DNA of 64,000 nt from an uncultured Acidobacteriota bacterium (lineage in GTDB: Bacteria; Acidobacteriota; Thermoanaerobaculia; Gp7-AA8): the NCBI GenBank assembly GCA_963741955.1, contig CAVUKB010000005.1:96001-160000 (forward strand), given 5' to 3'. A program made the translations under genes and the position numbers. Position 1 is the first letter of the stretch. Each line of letters starts with the position of its first letter. The notes beneath the pieces were generated by a model, which ran no database searches, was not told the DNA's origin, and was given only the letters and a program-made list of their open reading frames with translations. This document shows positions 37,659 to 47,847 of the stretch, one piece after another.

Positions 37659-38306
37659 ATGACCCGAGGTGAAAAGGCCGAGCGGATCCGGACGATTCTC
37701 GACCGCCTCTATCCCGACCCGCCGATTCCTCTCGCTCACGTCGATCCATTCACGCTTCTGATCTCGGTGGTTCTCTCGGCGCAGACGACGGACGCGCGGG
37801 TGAACCAGGTCACCCCCGAGCTCTTCGCGCGGGCCTCTACCGCGGCAGCGATGGCGAAACTCCCGGTGCAGGAGATCCTCTCGATCATCCGGACCTGCGG
37901 CCTCGCACCGGGGAAGGCGAAGAACATCCGCCGCCTCTCCGAGATCCTCGTCGAGGAATACGGCGGCAGAGTTCCGGACGATCTCGCAGCGCTCGAGGGC
38001 TTGCCGGGCGTTGGGCACAAGACCGCCTCAGTGGTGATGGCCCAGGCCTTCGGCGAAGCGGCGTTTCCCGTGGACACGCACATTCACCGTCTCGCGTGGC
38101 GGTGGGGTCTCTCGAACGGGAAGAGCGTGGAACGCACCGAGCATGATCTGAAGCGGATCTTCCCGCGCGAATCGTGGGCGCGCCTCCATCTGCAGATCAT
38201 CTACTTCGGACGGGAGTACTGTCCCGCGCGCGGCCACGATCCCGAGGCGTGTCCGATCTGTTCGTGGGCATCTCCGGCAGTACGCCGCAGACGAGGCGTG
38301 ATATAA
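37659..38306 (+). CDS. nth: endonuclease III
   Basis: LSAQTTD, LPGVGHKTA (HhH), VDTH. Confidence 0.95.
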   Translation: MTRGEKAERIRTILDRLYPDPPIPLAHVDPFTLLISVVLSAQTTDARVNQVTPELFARASTAAAMAKLPVQEILSIIRTCGLAPGKAKNIRRLSEILVEEYGGRVPDDLAALEGLPGVGHKTASVVMAQAFGEAAFPVDTHIHRLAWRWGLSNGKSVERTEHDLKRIFPRESWARLHLQIIYFGREYCPARGHDPEACPICSWASPAVRRRRGVI

Positions 38307-38393
38307 ATCGCGCGCCCTCGGAGTCCGCGCGGCACAATAGTCCGTCGCGAGAAAGTGGAGCAGCGAGGCCGGCCTGGAGGAGCGAAACATTCG

Positions 38394-39284
38394 ATGATTC
38401 TGAGCATGACCGGCTTCGGCCGAGCCTCGGGACCCGCGGGTTCCCGCTTCAGCGCGTCCGTTTCGATACGCAGTGTCAATCACCGCTATCTCGAAACGAA
38501 CGTCCGTCTTCCCGAAGCCTTCTGGGAGATCGAACCGTTGATCCGGTCGGCTGCGAGCGAGCGGTTCGAGCGCGGAAAGCTCGACGTTACGATCCGCATT
38601 CAGCGGATCGGTGAGCCTCGCTACGAGGTGCGCGTCAACGGCACCGTTGCCGGATCCGTCATTCCCGAGCTTCGCCGCTTTCTGCGAGAGTACGAGATTC
38701 CAGGAGAGCTCTCCGCCGGCGACATCCTCCGGATTCCGGATCTCGTTTCCGTCGAGCCGGTCGAACAGGAGCTGGACGAGGCCGAGAAGGAGGACCTTCT
38801 CCGGATCGCGATCGACGCCATGGAGCGCGTGCGAGAGATGAGGGCGGCCGAAGGTGTCGCTCTTCGGAACGACATCGAAGCGCGGCTCAAGACGATCCGG
38901 GCACGACGCAACGAGCTCGCATCGATGCGCGAAGCGATTCGCGACGAGCAGCTCGAGAGCTACCGTCAGCGGGTGGGGGAGATCGCACGGGCCGCCGGCG
39001 TGGAGATCGACGCCGACCGTCTCGCACAGGAGACCGTGATCATGGTCGAGAAGGGGGACGTCGCCGAAGAGCTCACCCGTCTCGAGATCCACCTGGATCA
39101 GACCGAGCAGATCCTGACCGGTCGCAAATCATCGGGGAAAAAGCTGGACTTTCTCTCCCAGGAGATGCTCCGGGAGATCAACACCCTCGGACAGAAGTCG
39201 CGCTCGGCGGAGATCCGGAGCATCGTTGTAGAATTGAAGACCGAAGTCGAGCGGATCCGCGAGCAGGTACAGAATGTCGAGTAG
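38394..39284 (+). CDS. yicC: YicC/YloC family endoribonuclease
   Basis: SMTGFG, SVNHRYL, EELTRL, GKKLDFLSQEMLREINTLGQK, REQVQNVE. Confidence 0.95.
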   Translation: MILSMTGFGRASGPAGSRFSASVSIRSVNHRYLETNVRLPEAFWEIEPLIRSAASERFERGKLDVTIRIQRIGEPRYEVRVNGTVAGSVIPELRRFLREYEIPGELSAGDILRIPDLVSVEPVEQELDEAEKEDLLRIAIDAMERVREMRAAEGVALRNDIEARLKTIRARRNELASMREAIRDEQLESYRQRVGEIARAAGVEIDADRLAQETVIMVEKGDVAEELTRLEIHLDQTEQILTGRKSSGKKLDFLSQEMLREINTLGQKSRSAEIRSIVVELKTEVERIREQVQNVE

Positions 39285-39966
39285 CTCCACGCTGAACTAC
39301 CATCCCGACGGGACTCTATTCATCGTCTCGGGACCTTCGGCTGCCGGGAAGACTACCCTGATCAACCGTGCTCGCGCCGAGCTTCAGGCGCTCCAGATCA
39401 ATCTCCATTTCTCCGTTTCACACACCACCAGGACCCCCAGAAATGGAGAGGTCGAAGGGGTGAACTACCACTACGTCGACCGCGTCCACTTCGAGGAAAT
39501 GGTTGCAAAAGGGGAATTTATCGAGTGGGCCCGCGTTCACAAACAGATGTACGGGACATCGAAAACCGAGGTCTTCACCCGTCTCGAAAGAGGCGAGGAT
39601 GTGGTCCTCGACATCGACGTTCAGGGAGCGCGGCAGATCTCGGAGCAACCGGAGCTGCGACGCCACTCGGTGAGTATTTTCGTGTTCCCTCCTTCGTTCG
39701 ACGAGCTGGAGAAAAGGCTTCGCGGCAGAGGCCTGAACACTGAAGACGACATCTCGGTGCGCCTGCGGAAAGCCTCGGATGAGATCGATCTCTGCGATTT
39801 CTACGACTACGTGATCATCAACGACGACATCAAGATCGCCACGGCCTGTCTGAAGGCCGCCATCGTGGCCAGAAAACTCAAGACGAACTCGGCACTACTC
39901 GCGATTCGCGACATGTCCCGCCGGTTCAAGGAGGAGCACAGTGATCGAATTGCCCGAGAATGTTGA
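39274..39966 (+). CDS. gmk: guanylate kinase
   Basis: GPSAAGKTT, SHTTR, YGT, DIDVQGA. Confidence 0.97.
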   Translation: MSSSSTLNYHPDGTLFIVSGPSAAGKTTLINRARAELQALQINLHFSVSHTTRTPRNGEVEGVNYHYVDRVHFEEMVAKGEFIEWARVHKQMYGTSKTEVFTRLERGEDVVLDIDVQGARQISEQPELRRHSVSIFVFPPSFDELEKRLRGRGLNTEDDISVRLRKASDEIDLCDFYDYVIINDDIKIATACLKAAIVARKLKTNSALLAIRDMSRRFKEEHSDRIAREC

Positions 39967-40174
39967 CAGCAAGTTCCGTTACGTCCTGGTCGTCGCCAAG
40001 CGGGCGGAGCAGCTGATCGAAGGCTCGCAGCCGAAGCTGCGCACGCGCCACGCGAAGTCGACGCGCATCGCCATGGACGAGATCAACGAGGGCGTCGTGA
40101 ACTGGCAGCCCGCCCCTCCGGAACTTCCGGAAGAGGAAGCAGCGGAGAGCGAGCTCGAGACCGAGACGGTTTGA
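39941..40174 (+). CDS. rpoZ: RNA polymerase omega subunit
   Basis: SKFRYVLVVAKRAEQL...AMDEI; gmk-rpoZ-coaBC synteny. Confidence 0.95.
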   Translation: MIELPENVDSKFRYVLVVAKRAEQLIEGSQPKLRTRHAKSTRIAMDEINEGVVNWQPAPPELPEEEAAESELETETV

Positions 40175-40175
40175 A

Positions 40176-41378
40176 GTGAGAATCGTCCTCGGCGTTTCGG
40201 GCGGGATCGCCGCATACAAGGCGCCAGAGCTGGTAAGGCGTCTTCGGGACGCCGGTGCCGACGTGAGGGTGATCCTCACTCCGAACGCCACCAGGTTCGT
40301 CGCTCCGCTTGCGTTGTCGGTCGTCTCCGGGCACGGGGTGATCTCAGATCAGTGGGGTGATCCGGCTCATGGTGGGGTCGATCACATCGAGATCGCCCGA
40401 TGGGCCGAACTCCTTCTCATCGCCCCCGCCACGGCGAACATTCTGGCCAAGCTCGCCACCGGAATCGCCGATGACGCGCTGACCACGTACGCACTCGCAC
40501 ACCGCGGCCCTCTGGTCGTCGCTCCGGCGATGAACACGTTCATGCTCGGACACCCGACGGTCACCGAGAACATCGAGCGCCTGCGCAACAGGGGAGTCAC
40601 CATCATCGAGCCCGCTTCGGGCCTTCTGGCCTGCGGAGACGAAGGTGCCGGACGGATGCCGGATCCGGACGAGATCGTCCGCCGGGTGCTCGCGGTGCTC
40701 GCACCTCCGGACCTCGCCGGGATCCGGATCCTGGTCACCGCCGGCCCCACACGCGAACCGATCGATCCGGTGCGTTACATCAGCAACCGCTCCTCCGGGA
40801 AGATGGGTTACGCAATCGCGAATGCCGCTGCACGACGTGGTGCAGACGTGACCCTCGTCAGCGGACCGACCGCTCTCGCCTCGCCCCCTGGTGTGACTGC
40901 GCTTCAGGTGACTACCGCCGCCGAAATGCACCGCGAGGTGCTGCGGCTCGCACCGCAGCAGCAGGTGGTGATCAAGGCCGCGGCGGTCGGCGATTTCGCT
41001 CCTGCGCGCACGGCGCAGTCGAAAATCAAGAAGGGGCGCAACGAGACTCTCTCGCTCGAGCTTCACCGCACTCCCGACATTCTGGCGGATCTAGGAAAGC
41101 TCGATCCTCGTCCCTTCCTGATCGGCTTCGCCGCAGAGACGGATGACGTCGAAGCGAATGCGGAGGAAAAGCTGAGGCGGAAGGAAGCCGACGCCATCGT
41201 GGTGAACGACGTCTCGGATCCTTCCATCGGATTCGAATCGGATGAAAACGAGGTGGTGATCCTTGCGCGATCGGGAGAATCGCATAGAATTTCGCGGGCC
41301 CCGAAAGACCAGATCGCGAATCGCATCCTCGACTTCGTCGTTGCCGGAATGCGCGAGACGATCGCCGCACGCGACTGA
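40176..41378 (+). CDS. coaBC: phosphopantothenoylcysteine decarboxylase/ligase
   Basis: GGIAAYK, PAMN, LACG, TAGPTRE.IDPVRYISNRSSGKMG. Confidence 0.98.
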   Translation: MRIVLGVSGGIAAYKAPELVRRLRDAGADVRVILTPNATRFVAPLALSVVSGHGVISDQWGDPAHGGVDHIEIARWAELLLIAPATANILAKLATGIADDALTTYALAHRGPLVVAPAMNTFMLGHPTVTENIERLRNRGVTIIEPASGLLACGDEGAGRMPDPDEIVRRVLAVLAPPDLAGIRILVTAGPTREPIDPVRYISNRSSGKMGYAIANAAARRGADVTLVSGPTALASPPGVTALQVTTAAEMHREVLRLAPQQQVVIKAAAVGDFAPARTAQSKIKKGRNETLSLELHRTPDILADLGKLDPRPFLIGFAAETDDVEANAEEKLRRKEADAIVVNDVSDPSIGFESDENEVVILARSGESHRISRAPKDQIANRILDFVVAGMRETIAARD

Positions 41379-41398
41379 ATCCACGCTGTTGCCGGAGC

Positions 41399-42100
41399 AT
41401 GATGAACCGCAAGAACGTCGATGACGAACTGCTGTTTCTCGAGGAAATGGGATTCACCCATCTCGATCTCTCCCGCCGGTCTGCTGCCGATCACGTCGCG
41501 GAAACACCGGCCGAGACGGGCCCCGACGATGCGACTCCATCGACCGCCTCCTTCCACGGGCTCGAGATGCTCGCATCCGCATGCACCGCGTGCCGCCTCT
41601 CGGAGGGGAGGAAGAGCGTGGTCTTCGGAAGCGGAAATCCCGAGACCGAGCTGATGTTCATCGGCGAAGCTCCGGGACGGGACGAGGACATCGCGGGACT
41701 TCCCTTCGTCGGACGGGCGGGACAGCTCCTGACCGACATCATCAAGGCGATGAAACTCGATCGCGAGGACGTCTACATCGCGAACGTGATCAAGTGCCGC
41801 CCGCCGGAAAACCGCAATCCCGAGCCCGACGAGATCGAGGCGTGCAATCCTTTCATCACCCGTCAGATCGAGCTGATCGCGCCGAAGGTCATCGTGACAC
41901 TGGGCCGATTCGCCGTCCAGACGCTTCTCAGGAGCGACCTCCCCATCTCGGCAGTCCGCGGAAAATGGCAGAGCTATCGCGGAATCAAGGTGATGCCTAC
42001 CTACCATCCCGCCTATCTGCTCCGGAACCCTTCGGCCAAGAAGGACGTCTGGTCCGACATGAAAAAGGTGATGTCGGAGCTCGGGATCAATCCGGGTTAA
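41399..42100 (+). CDS. uracil-DNA glycosylase family 4
   Basis: [34 protein letters not shown]. Confidence 0.95.
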   Translation: MMNRKNVDDELLFLEEMGFTHLDLSRRSAADHVAETPAETGPDDATPSTASFHGLEMLASACTACRLSEGRKSVVFGSGNPETELMFIGEAPGRDEDIAGLPFVGRAGQLLTDIIKAMKLDREDVYIANVIKCRPPENRNPEPDEIEACNPFITRQIELIAPKVIVTLGRFAVQTLLRSDLPISAVRGKWQSYRGIKVMPTYHPAYLLRNPSAKKDVWSDMKKVMSELGINPG

Positions 42101-42110
42101 AGTTCCCGGC

Positions 42111-44537
42111 ATGCCTCACGGCCTTTCCGACTACGTGGAAGTGGCGGTCCCGATGGGCGTCCATGGGACGTTCACTTATTCGGTTCCGGACGCGCTCCGT
42201 GACGAGGTCCGCCTCGGCGCGCGCGTGGAGGTCCCGTGGGGATCCAAACGCACCACCGGTTACGTGGTCGGATTTCTCGACCAGCCGGCGATCGACGTGC
42301 GACGCATCCGCCCATTGCGTGACGTCCTCGATGACGACGAGCCGGCGCTTCTCCCCGACATCCTCGAACTCTGCCGCTGGGCGGCCGAGTATTACATCGC
42401 GCCGATCGGCGAAATGCTTCGCGTCGCTCTTCCGGCCAATATGTCGTCGACCGCGCGGAAGATCGTCTCGCTGACGCGGCAGCCCGCTCCGGCACTCCTC
42501 GAGACTCTCTCCGACCGCGAACGGGCGGTGGTCGAGCTTCTCGTCTCACGCAAGAAGCTGGAAGTGCGGAAGATCGTCGAGAGCGTCCGCGGCGCACGCG
42601 GGACACTAGCCCGTCTCGAGCAGGCGGGCCTGGTGGTGATCGCAGAGGATCTCCACGACTCCGCGGGAGTCCGTTACGATCGGCACGCTCTCCTGATGGA
42701 GGCCACGGAAGAGCTGACCCCCAAGCAGACCGAGATCGTCTCGTTCATCCGCGACGCGGGGGGTGAGGTTCCGCTGAAGGCTCTCGAGAACGCGGGGCTC
42801 AGCCGTTCCGCCGCGATGACGCTGGCCCGCAGGGGCGTGATCGCGTTCCAGGACAAGCCGCGCCGTCACACCCTGGATGCGTTTCTCTCCCGCCTCGGGC
42901 CGGCTACGGTCGGGGATCTCGTCCATACCGGAGAGCAGCGTGCCGCGATCGCTGCGATCCGCAAGTCGCTGGGAAGATTCGGAGCATTCCTCCTGCAGGG
43001 AGTGACGGGAAGCGGAAAGACCGAGGTGTACATCGAGTTGATGCGGGAAGTGGTCAGCGCCGGGAGTCAGGCGATATTTCTCGTTCCGGAGATCTCGCTC
43101 ACTCCCGTCCTCGCCGCGCGGCTGAAGGAGAGATTCGGCGAGCGGATCGCCATCCTCCACAGCGGCCTGTCGGCGAGCGAGAGGTACGACCAGTGGTGGC
43201 GCGCCCGGCGCGGTGCGGTCGATGTTGCCATCGGTCCGCGCTCCGCCCTCTTCACTCCTTTCCAGCAGCTCGGTCTGGTGATCGTCGACGAGGAGGGGGA
43301 TTCGGCGTACAAGCAGGAAGAGACGCCACGGTACAACGCGCGCGATCTCGCAGTGGTTCGTGCCCGTGCGCTCGGAATCCCCGTGGTTCTCGGGTCGGCT
43401 ACACCTTCCCTCGAGAGCAGGGAGAACGCGGCCCGGGGAAAATACGAGTTGATTCGTCTGACCCGTCGCGTCGAAGAGCGGCAGCTTCCGAATGTCGAGA
43501 TCATCGACATACGGCACGAGAAGGGGGAGAAGGAAGACCGCGGATTGATCATCTTCAGCCAGCGCATGCGGGAAGAGCTGGGACGGGTCTTCGAACGCGG
43601 AGAACAGGCGATCATCCTCATCAACCGGCGCGGCTACGCTCCGTTTCTACTCTGTCGTGAATGCGATAACGACTTCCGCTGTCGCGACTGCAGCGTGAGC
43701 CTGACTGTCCACCGCCGGCAGGGACTCCTCATCTGTCATTACTGCGGCTACCGCCGCGCGATCCCTGCGAAGTGCCCGCTCTGCAATGGTGAGGTCCTCC
43801 AGCCGATCGGATTCGGCACCGAGAAAGTCGAAGAGCGATTCCGCTCCTGGTTTCCCGAGGTCGCAGTCGACGTCGTGGACCGCGATTCGGTGCGGCGGAA
43901 AGGGGAGCTGGTGCGCATCTTCGATGGCTTCCGCCGCCGGAAGACTCAGGCGCTGATCGGGACTCAGATCATCAGTAAGGGACACGACTTCCCGGGCGTG
44001 ACACTCACGTGTGTCATCAATGCCGACTCGATCCTCGGCTTTCCCGATTTCCGCTCGGCCGAGAAGACGTTCTATCTCCTCACTCAGGTTGCCGGACGTT
44101 CAGGGCGTGGCCAGTACCCGGGATCGGTCCTGATTCAGACGGCGTTTCCGCAGCACTACGCGATCCAGCACGCCATCCATCACGATTACGAGGCCTTCTT
44201 TGCGGAGGAGATGGAATTCCGCTCGCGATTCCGCTACCCGCCGGCGAGCTCCATGATCGCGATTCTCTTTCGCGGCGAGGACGAGGCGAAGGTCGAGGCT
44301 GCCGCCCGAGAGGGGGGAGAGAGCCTGGAGCGGGAGGGAAAAGGAATCGGTGATCTCCGGATCCAGGGGCCCGCCCCCGCTCCTCTTGCGCGGATCAAGG
44401 GCGTATGGCGATACCAGATCCTCCTCCGCAGCGCACAGCGTGCAGCGCTGCGACGGGCGGTGGCTCGAACCATGACGGACCGGAAGTTCTCGGGAGTTGA
44501 CGTCGTCATCGACGTCGATCCGATCAATATTCTTTGA
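42111..44537 (+). CDS. priA: primosomal protein N' (replication restart helicase)
   Basis: [16 protein letters not shown], Cys-rich zinc motifs, QVAGRSGR. Confidence 0.98.
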   Translation: MPHGLSDYVEVAVPMGVHGTFTYSVPDALRDEVRLGARVEVPWGSKRTTGYVVGFLDQPAIDVRRIRPLRDVLDDDEPALLPDILELCRWAAEYYIAPIGEMLRVALPANMSSTARKIVSLTRQPAPALLETLSDRERAVVELLVSRKKLEVRKIVESVRGARGTLARLEQAGLVVIAEDLHDSAGVRYDRHALLMEATEELTPKQTEIVSFIRDAGGEVPLKALENAGLSRSAAMTLARRGVIAFQDKPRRHTLDAFLSRLGPATVGDLVHTGEQRAAIAAIRKSLGRFGAFLLQGVTGSGKTEVYIELMREVVSAGSQAIFLVPEISLTPVLAARLKERFGERIAILHSGLSASERYDQWWRARRGAVDVAIGPRSALFTPFQQLGLVIVDEEGDSAYKQEETPRYNARDLAVVRARALGIPVVLGSATPSLESRENAARGKYELIRLTRRVEERQLPNVEIIDIRHEKGEKEDRGLIIFSQRMREELGRVFERGEQAIILINRRGYAPFLLCRECDNDFRCRDCSVSLTVHRRQGLLICHYCGYRRAIPAKCPLCNGEVLQPIGFGTEKVEERFRSWFPEVAVDVVDRDSVRRKGELVRIFDGFRRRKTQALIGTQIISKGHDFPGVTLTCVINADSILGFPDFRSAEKTFYLLTQVAGRSGRGQYPGSVLIQTAFPQHYAIQHAIHHDYEAFFAEEMEFRSRFRYPPASSMIAILFRGEDEAKVEAAAREGGESLEREGKGIGDLRIQGPAPAPLARIKGVWRYQILLRSAQRAALRRAVARTMTDRKFSGVDVVIDVDPINIL

Positions 44538-45072
44538 CCGCGACAATGACCGCTTCCGCGGCCGGCTCCCGGGGCACCGAGGCAGCCACCGAGGATTGAT
44601 TGGCGGCGTTTTCGTAGAGCTTCTCATACGAGTCCGGGTCGATCTCCATGGCGAGCGGAAGTGCTTCCCGGAAGTGGAATGAGATCACCAGCACCGAGGC
44701 GAAGATCACTTCTCCGCGGGAGCGCTCCATCAGGTGAAATGCAGCCCGGCGCCGGAACGATCCGGAGTCGAGAGAGCTCAGAGAATCGATTGCCGCGTGA
44801 AAGGCACGGTCGACTCTCTGCCGGAGGGGTACGTCGTTTCTGAAGCGGGCCCGGCCGGCGATCGAGGCAATTCGCTCGATCTCTTCCGCGATCCGTGTGA
44901 GATGGCGTTCGATCTCCGACCCTGCCGAATCTCCCGGAGGAATCGATTCCAGCAGGTGCAGCAGGTGCTCCGCCCTTCGCCGGAAGTCGATGCGGAGCTT
45001 GTCGACGATGAACGAGAGCTGGGGCACCTGCCGCATTTCCTCGTTCGTCGGGTTGGTTTCGAGTGTCATCAT
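44524..45072 (-). CDS. hypothetical alpha-helical protein
   Basis: SD AGGAG; fills the priA-accA gap on the opposite strand; 14-nt 3' overlap with priA; no recognised motif. Confidence 0.7.
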   Translation of the reverse strand: MMTLETNPTNEEMRQVPQLSFIVDKLRIDFRRRAEHLLHLLESIPPGDSAGSEIERHLTRIAEEIERIASIAGRARFRNDVPLRQRVDRAFHAAIDSLSSLDSGSFRRRAAFHLMERSRGEVIFASVLVISFHFREALPLAMEIDPDSYEKLYENAANQSSVAASVPREPAAEAVIVAVKEY

Positions 45073-45121
45073 CTCCTGGTCCGCGTCAGCGGTTGTGGCC
45101 GCGTCCGCTCAATCTGCGACA

Positions 45122-45150
45122 TTGACCGCGAACGCGCCATTTGCTAGCGT
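45122..45150 (+). promoter_or_regulatory. sigma70-type promoter of accA (leaderless-type)
   Basis: TTGACC-N17-TAGCGT, 8 nt before ATG 45159. Confidence 0.55.
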
Positions 45151-45158
45151 CCCGCTGC

Positions 45159-46109
45159 ATGAGTAGTGACTTGATGCAGTTTGAAGAACCGCTCGCCCAG
45201 ATCCGCCAGCGAATCGAGACACTGATGAGCTCCGAGACGGATCGGGACGAAGCTCAGCTTCGTGAACTGCGGAGCAAGCTTACCAGAGTCTCCAGCGAGA
45301 TCTACTCGAATCTGACTCCCTGGCAGAAGACACTCGTTGCCCGGCACTCGAATCGTCCGTACACACTCGACATCGTGAACTTCCTCTTCGAGGACTTCAT
45401 GGAGGTCCATGGCGACCGTAATTTCGGCGACGATCCGGCGATCATCTGCGGCTTCGCAACCTTCAACGGGCAGCCGTGCGCGGTGATCGGTCACCAGAAG
45501 GGGCGGGACACGAAGGAGAAGATCTACCGCAACTTCGGCATGCCGCGACCCGAAGGGTACCGAAAGGCGCTGCGGGTGATGAAGCTCGCAGAGAAGTTCC
45601 GCCGCCCGATCTTCACCTTCATCGACACTCCGGGAGCTTATCCCGGAGTCGGAGCCGAGGAGCGTGGGCAGGCCGAGGCCATTGCGGTCAATCTCGAGGA
45701 GATGTCTCGACTCACCGTTCCGATCGTCGCCACCGTCACCGGCGAGGGAGGAAGCGGAGGTGCGCTCGCTCTCGGCGTCGGTGACCGGGTGTTCATGCTG
45801 CAGCACGCGATCTATTCCGTCATCTCGCCCGAAGGCTGCGCTGCGATTCTCTGGAAAGACCCCTCGGCCGCACAGACCGCCGCACAGGCGATGCGGATCA
45901 CGGCTCAGGATCTGAAGGAGCTCCAGGTGATCGACGAAGTGATCCCGGAACCGCCGGGTGGCGCGCACACCGATCACGCCACCACGATGGAGCTCCTCCG
46001 TCCGTACCTCGAGAAGGCGCTGAAAGAGCTGATGAAGCTCAAGCCGGCGCAGCTCCCCGAAGAGCGATACAAGAAGTTCCGGCGCATGGGATCGTTCGAG
46101 AAGGGGTGA
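45159..46109 (+). CDS. accA: acetyl-CoA carboxylase carboxyltransferase alpha
   Basis: HGDRNFGDD, RNFGMPRPEGYRKALR, GEGGSGGAL, YSVISPEGCA. Confidence 0.98.
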   Translation: MSSDLMQFEEPLAQIRQRIETLMSSETDRDEAQLRELRSKLTRVSSEIYSNLTPWQKTLVARHSNRPYTLDIVNFLFEDFMEVHGDRNFGDDPAIICGFATFNGQPCAVIGHQKGRDTKEKIYRNFGMPRPEGYRKALRVMKLAEKFRRPIFTFIDTPGAYPGVGAEERGQAEAIAVNLEEMSRLTVPIVATVTGEGGSGGALALGVGDRVFMLQHAIYSVISPEGCAAILWKDPSAAQTAAQAMRITAQDLKELQVIDEVIPEPPGGAHTDHATTMELLRPYLEKALKELMKLKPAQLPEERYKKFRRMGSFEKG

Positions 46110-47836
46110 TGCTCCCTCTCCACGACGCGTGGGTCCGGTCCGGCGACGGTGCCGGCTCAGACGCACATATCCCGCTCGCACAGGCTTCGCTCCGGGCCGT
46201 GCTCCTCAGGCGCGGAGTCGTCGACGCGGAATCGTACCGCCGCTTCGTTTCGCCGACTCTCGACGACCTCCACGATCCGGTCACCATCCACGGGATCGAG
46301 CCCGCCTGCGATCGAATCGAGCGCGCCATCCGTGACCGCGAGCCGATCCTGATCTACGGCGATTACGACGTCGACGGCGTCACCTCCATCGTTCTCCTCC
46401 GCACCGTGATTCGTGCCCTCGGCGGAAATGTCGATCACGTGGTTCCTCACCGCCTGATCGACGGCTACGGCCTGAAGACCGAAGTGATCGACCGGGTCCT
46501 CGCAGAGCGTAACGTGCGGCTGGTGGTGACGGTGGATTGCGGCATCAGCTCGGTCGAGCCGGTGGAGCACGCGATCGAGCGCGGCATCGACGTCATCATC
46601 ACCGACCACCATCTCCCTCCCGGAACGCTTCCCGACGCGGCAGCGGTGCTGAACCCGAAACAGGACGGCTGCACCTATCCGTTCAAGGACCTCGCCGGAG
46701 TGGGAGTCGCTTTCAAGCTCTGTTGCCGTCTGCTGACCCGGGCCGGTCACCGGATGTCCGTCGGCTCACTCCTCAAGATCGCGGCGATCGGCACGATTGC
46801 AGACGTCGCTCCGCTGATCGGCGAGAATCGCACCATCGCGCAGCTCGGCCTGGCGGGACTGGCTGACCCACGCAATCCCGGCCTTCGCGCGTTGTTTCGG
46901 AGTCTCAAGCTCTACGGCCGCCCTCTTTCGTCGTTCGACATCGGGTTCCGGATAGGCCCGCGGATCAATGCCGCCGGACGTCTCGCCTCGGCGGATACTG
47001 CAATCCGCCTCTTCAGCGTCCGGAGCGAAGAGGAGGCGCGACCACTGATCGCAGAGCTCGAGCATCTCAACGGCGAGAGGCGACGACTCGAAAGAGCGCT
47101 GCTCGAAGAGGCGGAAGAACAGATCGCGGAACAGGCGGATTCGCGTGTCATCGTGGTCGCCTCCCCGAACTGGCATCGAGGGGTGGTCGGCCTCTGTGCC
47201 GGCCGCATCGCGCAGACGCATCATCGCCCCGCGTTGGTTCTCTCGATCGACGGTGATCTCGCCGTCGGCTCCGGACGCAGCGTTCCGGCGGTGAATCTCC
47301 ACAGCCAGCTCGAGAAGATGAGAGACCTTTTCGACCATTTCGGCGGTCACGACTTCGCATGCGGATTCTCGTTGCCGTCCGCGCGAGTGCCGGAGCTCCG
47401 CCGCCGCGCTGGAGAGATCTTCGGAGCACTCCCGGACGATTGCTTCGTCCGCAGCATCGAGGTCGACGCGACACTTCCGCTGGAAGAGATCGATCGCGAA
47501 TGGCTCGACGCTCACGCGTTGCTGGAGCCGTTCGGACAATCGAACCGGCAACCGGTATTTCACGCGGCCGGCGTCGGGATCTCCGCTCTTCGCGAATTCG
47601 CTCCGGAATGTCACGCGCTCAGCGTGAAACAGGATGGTGCGACCCGTTCCGGAGTTCTCTGGCCCGCGCGTCGCGAACTGCTCGACGCTTGTCGCGGGAA
47701 CGGAGTGTACGACGTCCTCTTCCACATCGAGGGCGATCGCTGGTCGGCGGACGGGCTGCGCCTCGAGCTCCTCGATGCGGCCCCTTCGGGCACGGTTCCT
47801 GTGAGGAACGAAAAGCCCATTCCCGCTGTTGAATAG
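46106..47836 (+). CDS. recJ: single-stranded DNA exonuclease RecJ
   Basis: YGDYDVDG, DCG, TDHH, PRINAAGR, GGH. Confidence 0.97.
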   Translation: MMLPLHDAWVRSGDGAGSDAHIPLAQASLRAVLLRRGVVDAESYRRFVSPTLDDLHDPVTIHGIEPACDRIERAIRDREPILIYGDYDVDGVTSIVLLRTVIRALGGNVDHVVPHRLIDGYGLKTEVIDRVLAERNVRLVVTVDCGISSVEPVEHAIERGIDVIITDHHLPPGTLPDAAAVLNPKQDGCTYPFKDLAGVGVAFKLCCRLLTRAGHRMSVGSLLKIAAIGTIADVAPLIGENRTIAQLGLAGLADPRNPGLRALFRSLKLYGRPLSSFDIGFRIGPRINAAGRLASADTAIRLFSVRSEEEARPLIAELEHLNGERRRLERALLEEAEEQIAEQADSRVIVVASPNWHRGVVGLCAGRIAQTHHRPALVLSIDGDLAVGSGRSVPAVNLHSQLEKMRDLFDHFGGHDFACGFSLPSARVPELRRRAGEIFGALPDDCFVRSIEVDATLPLEEIDREWLDAHALLEPFGQSNRQPVFHAAGVGISALREFAPECHALSVKQDGATRSGVLWPARRELLDACRGNGVYDVLFHIEGDRWSADGLRLELLDAAPSGTVPVRNEKPIPAVE

Positions 47837-47847
47837 AGCGCCAGTTC

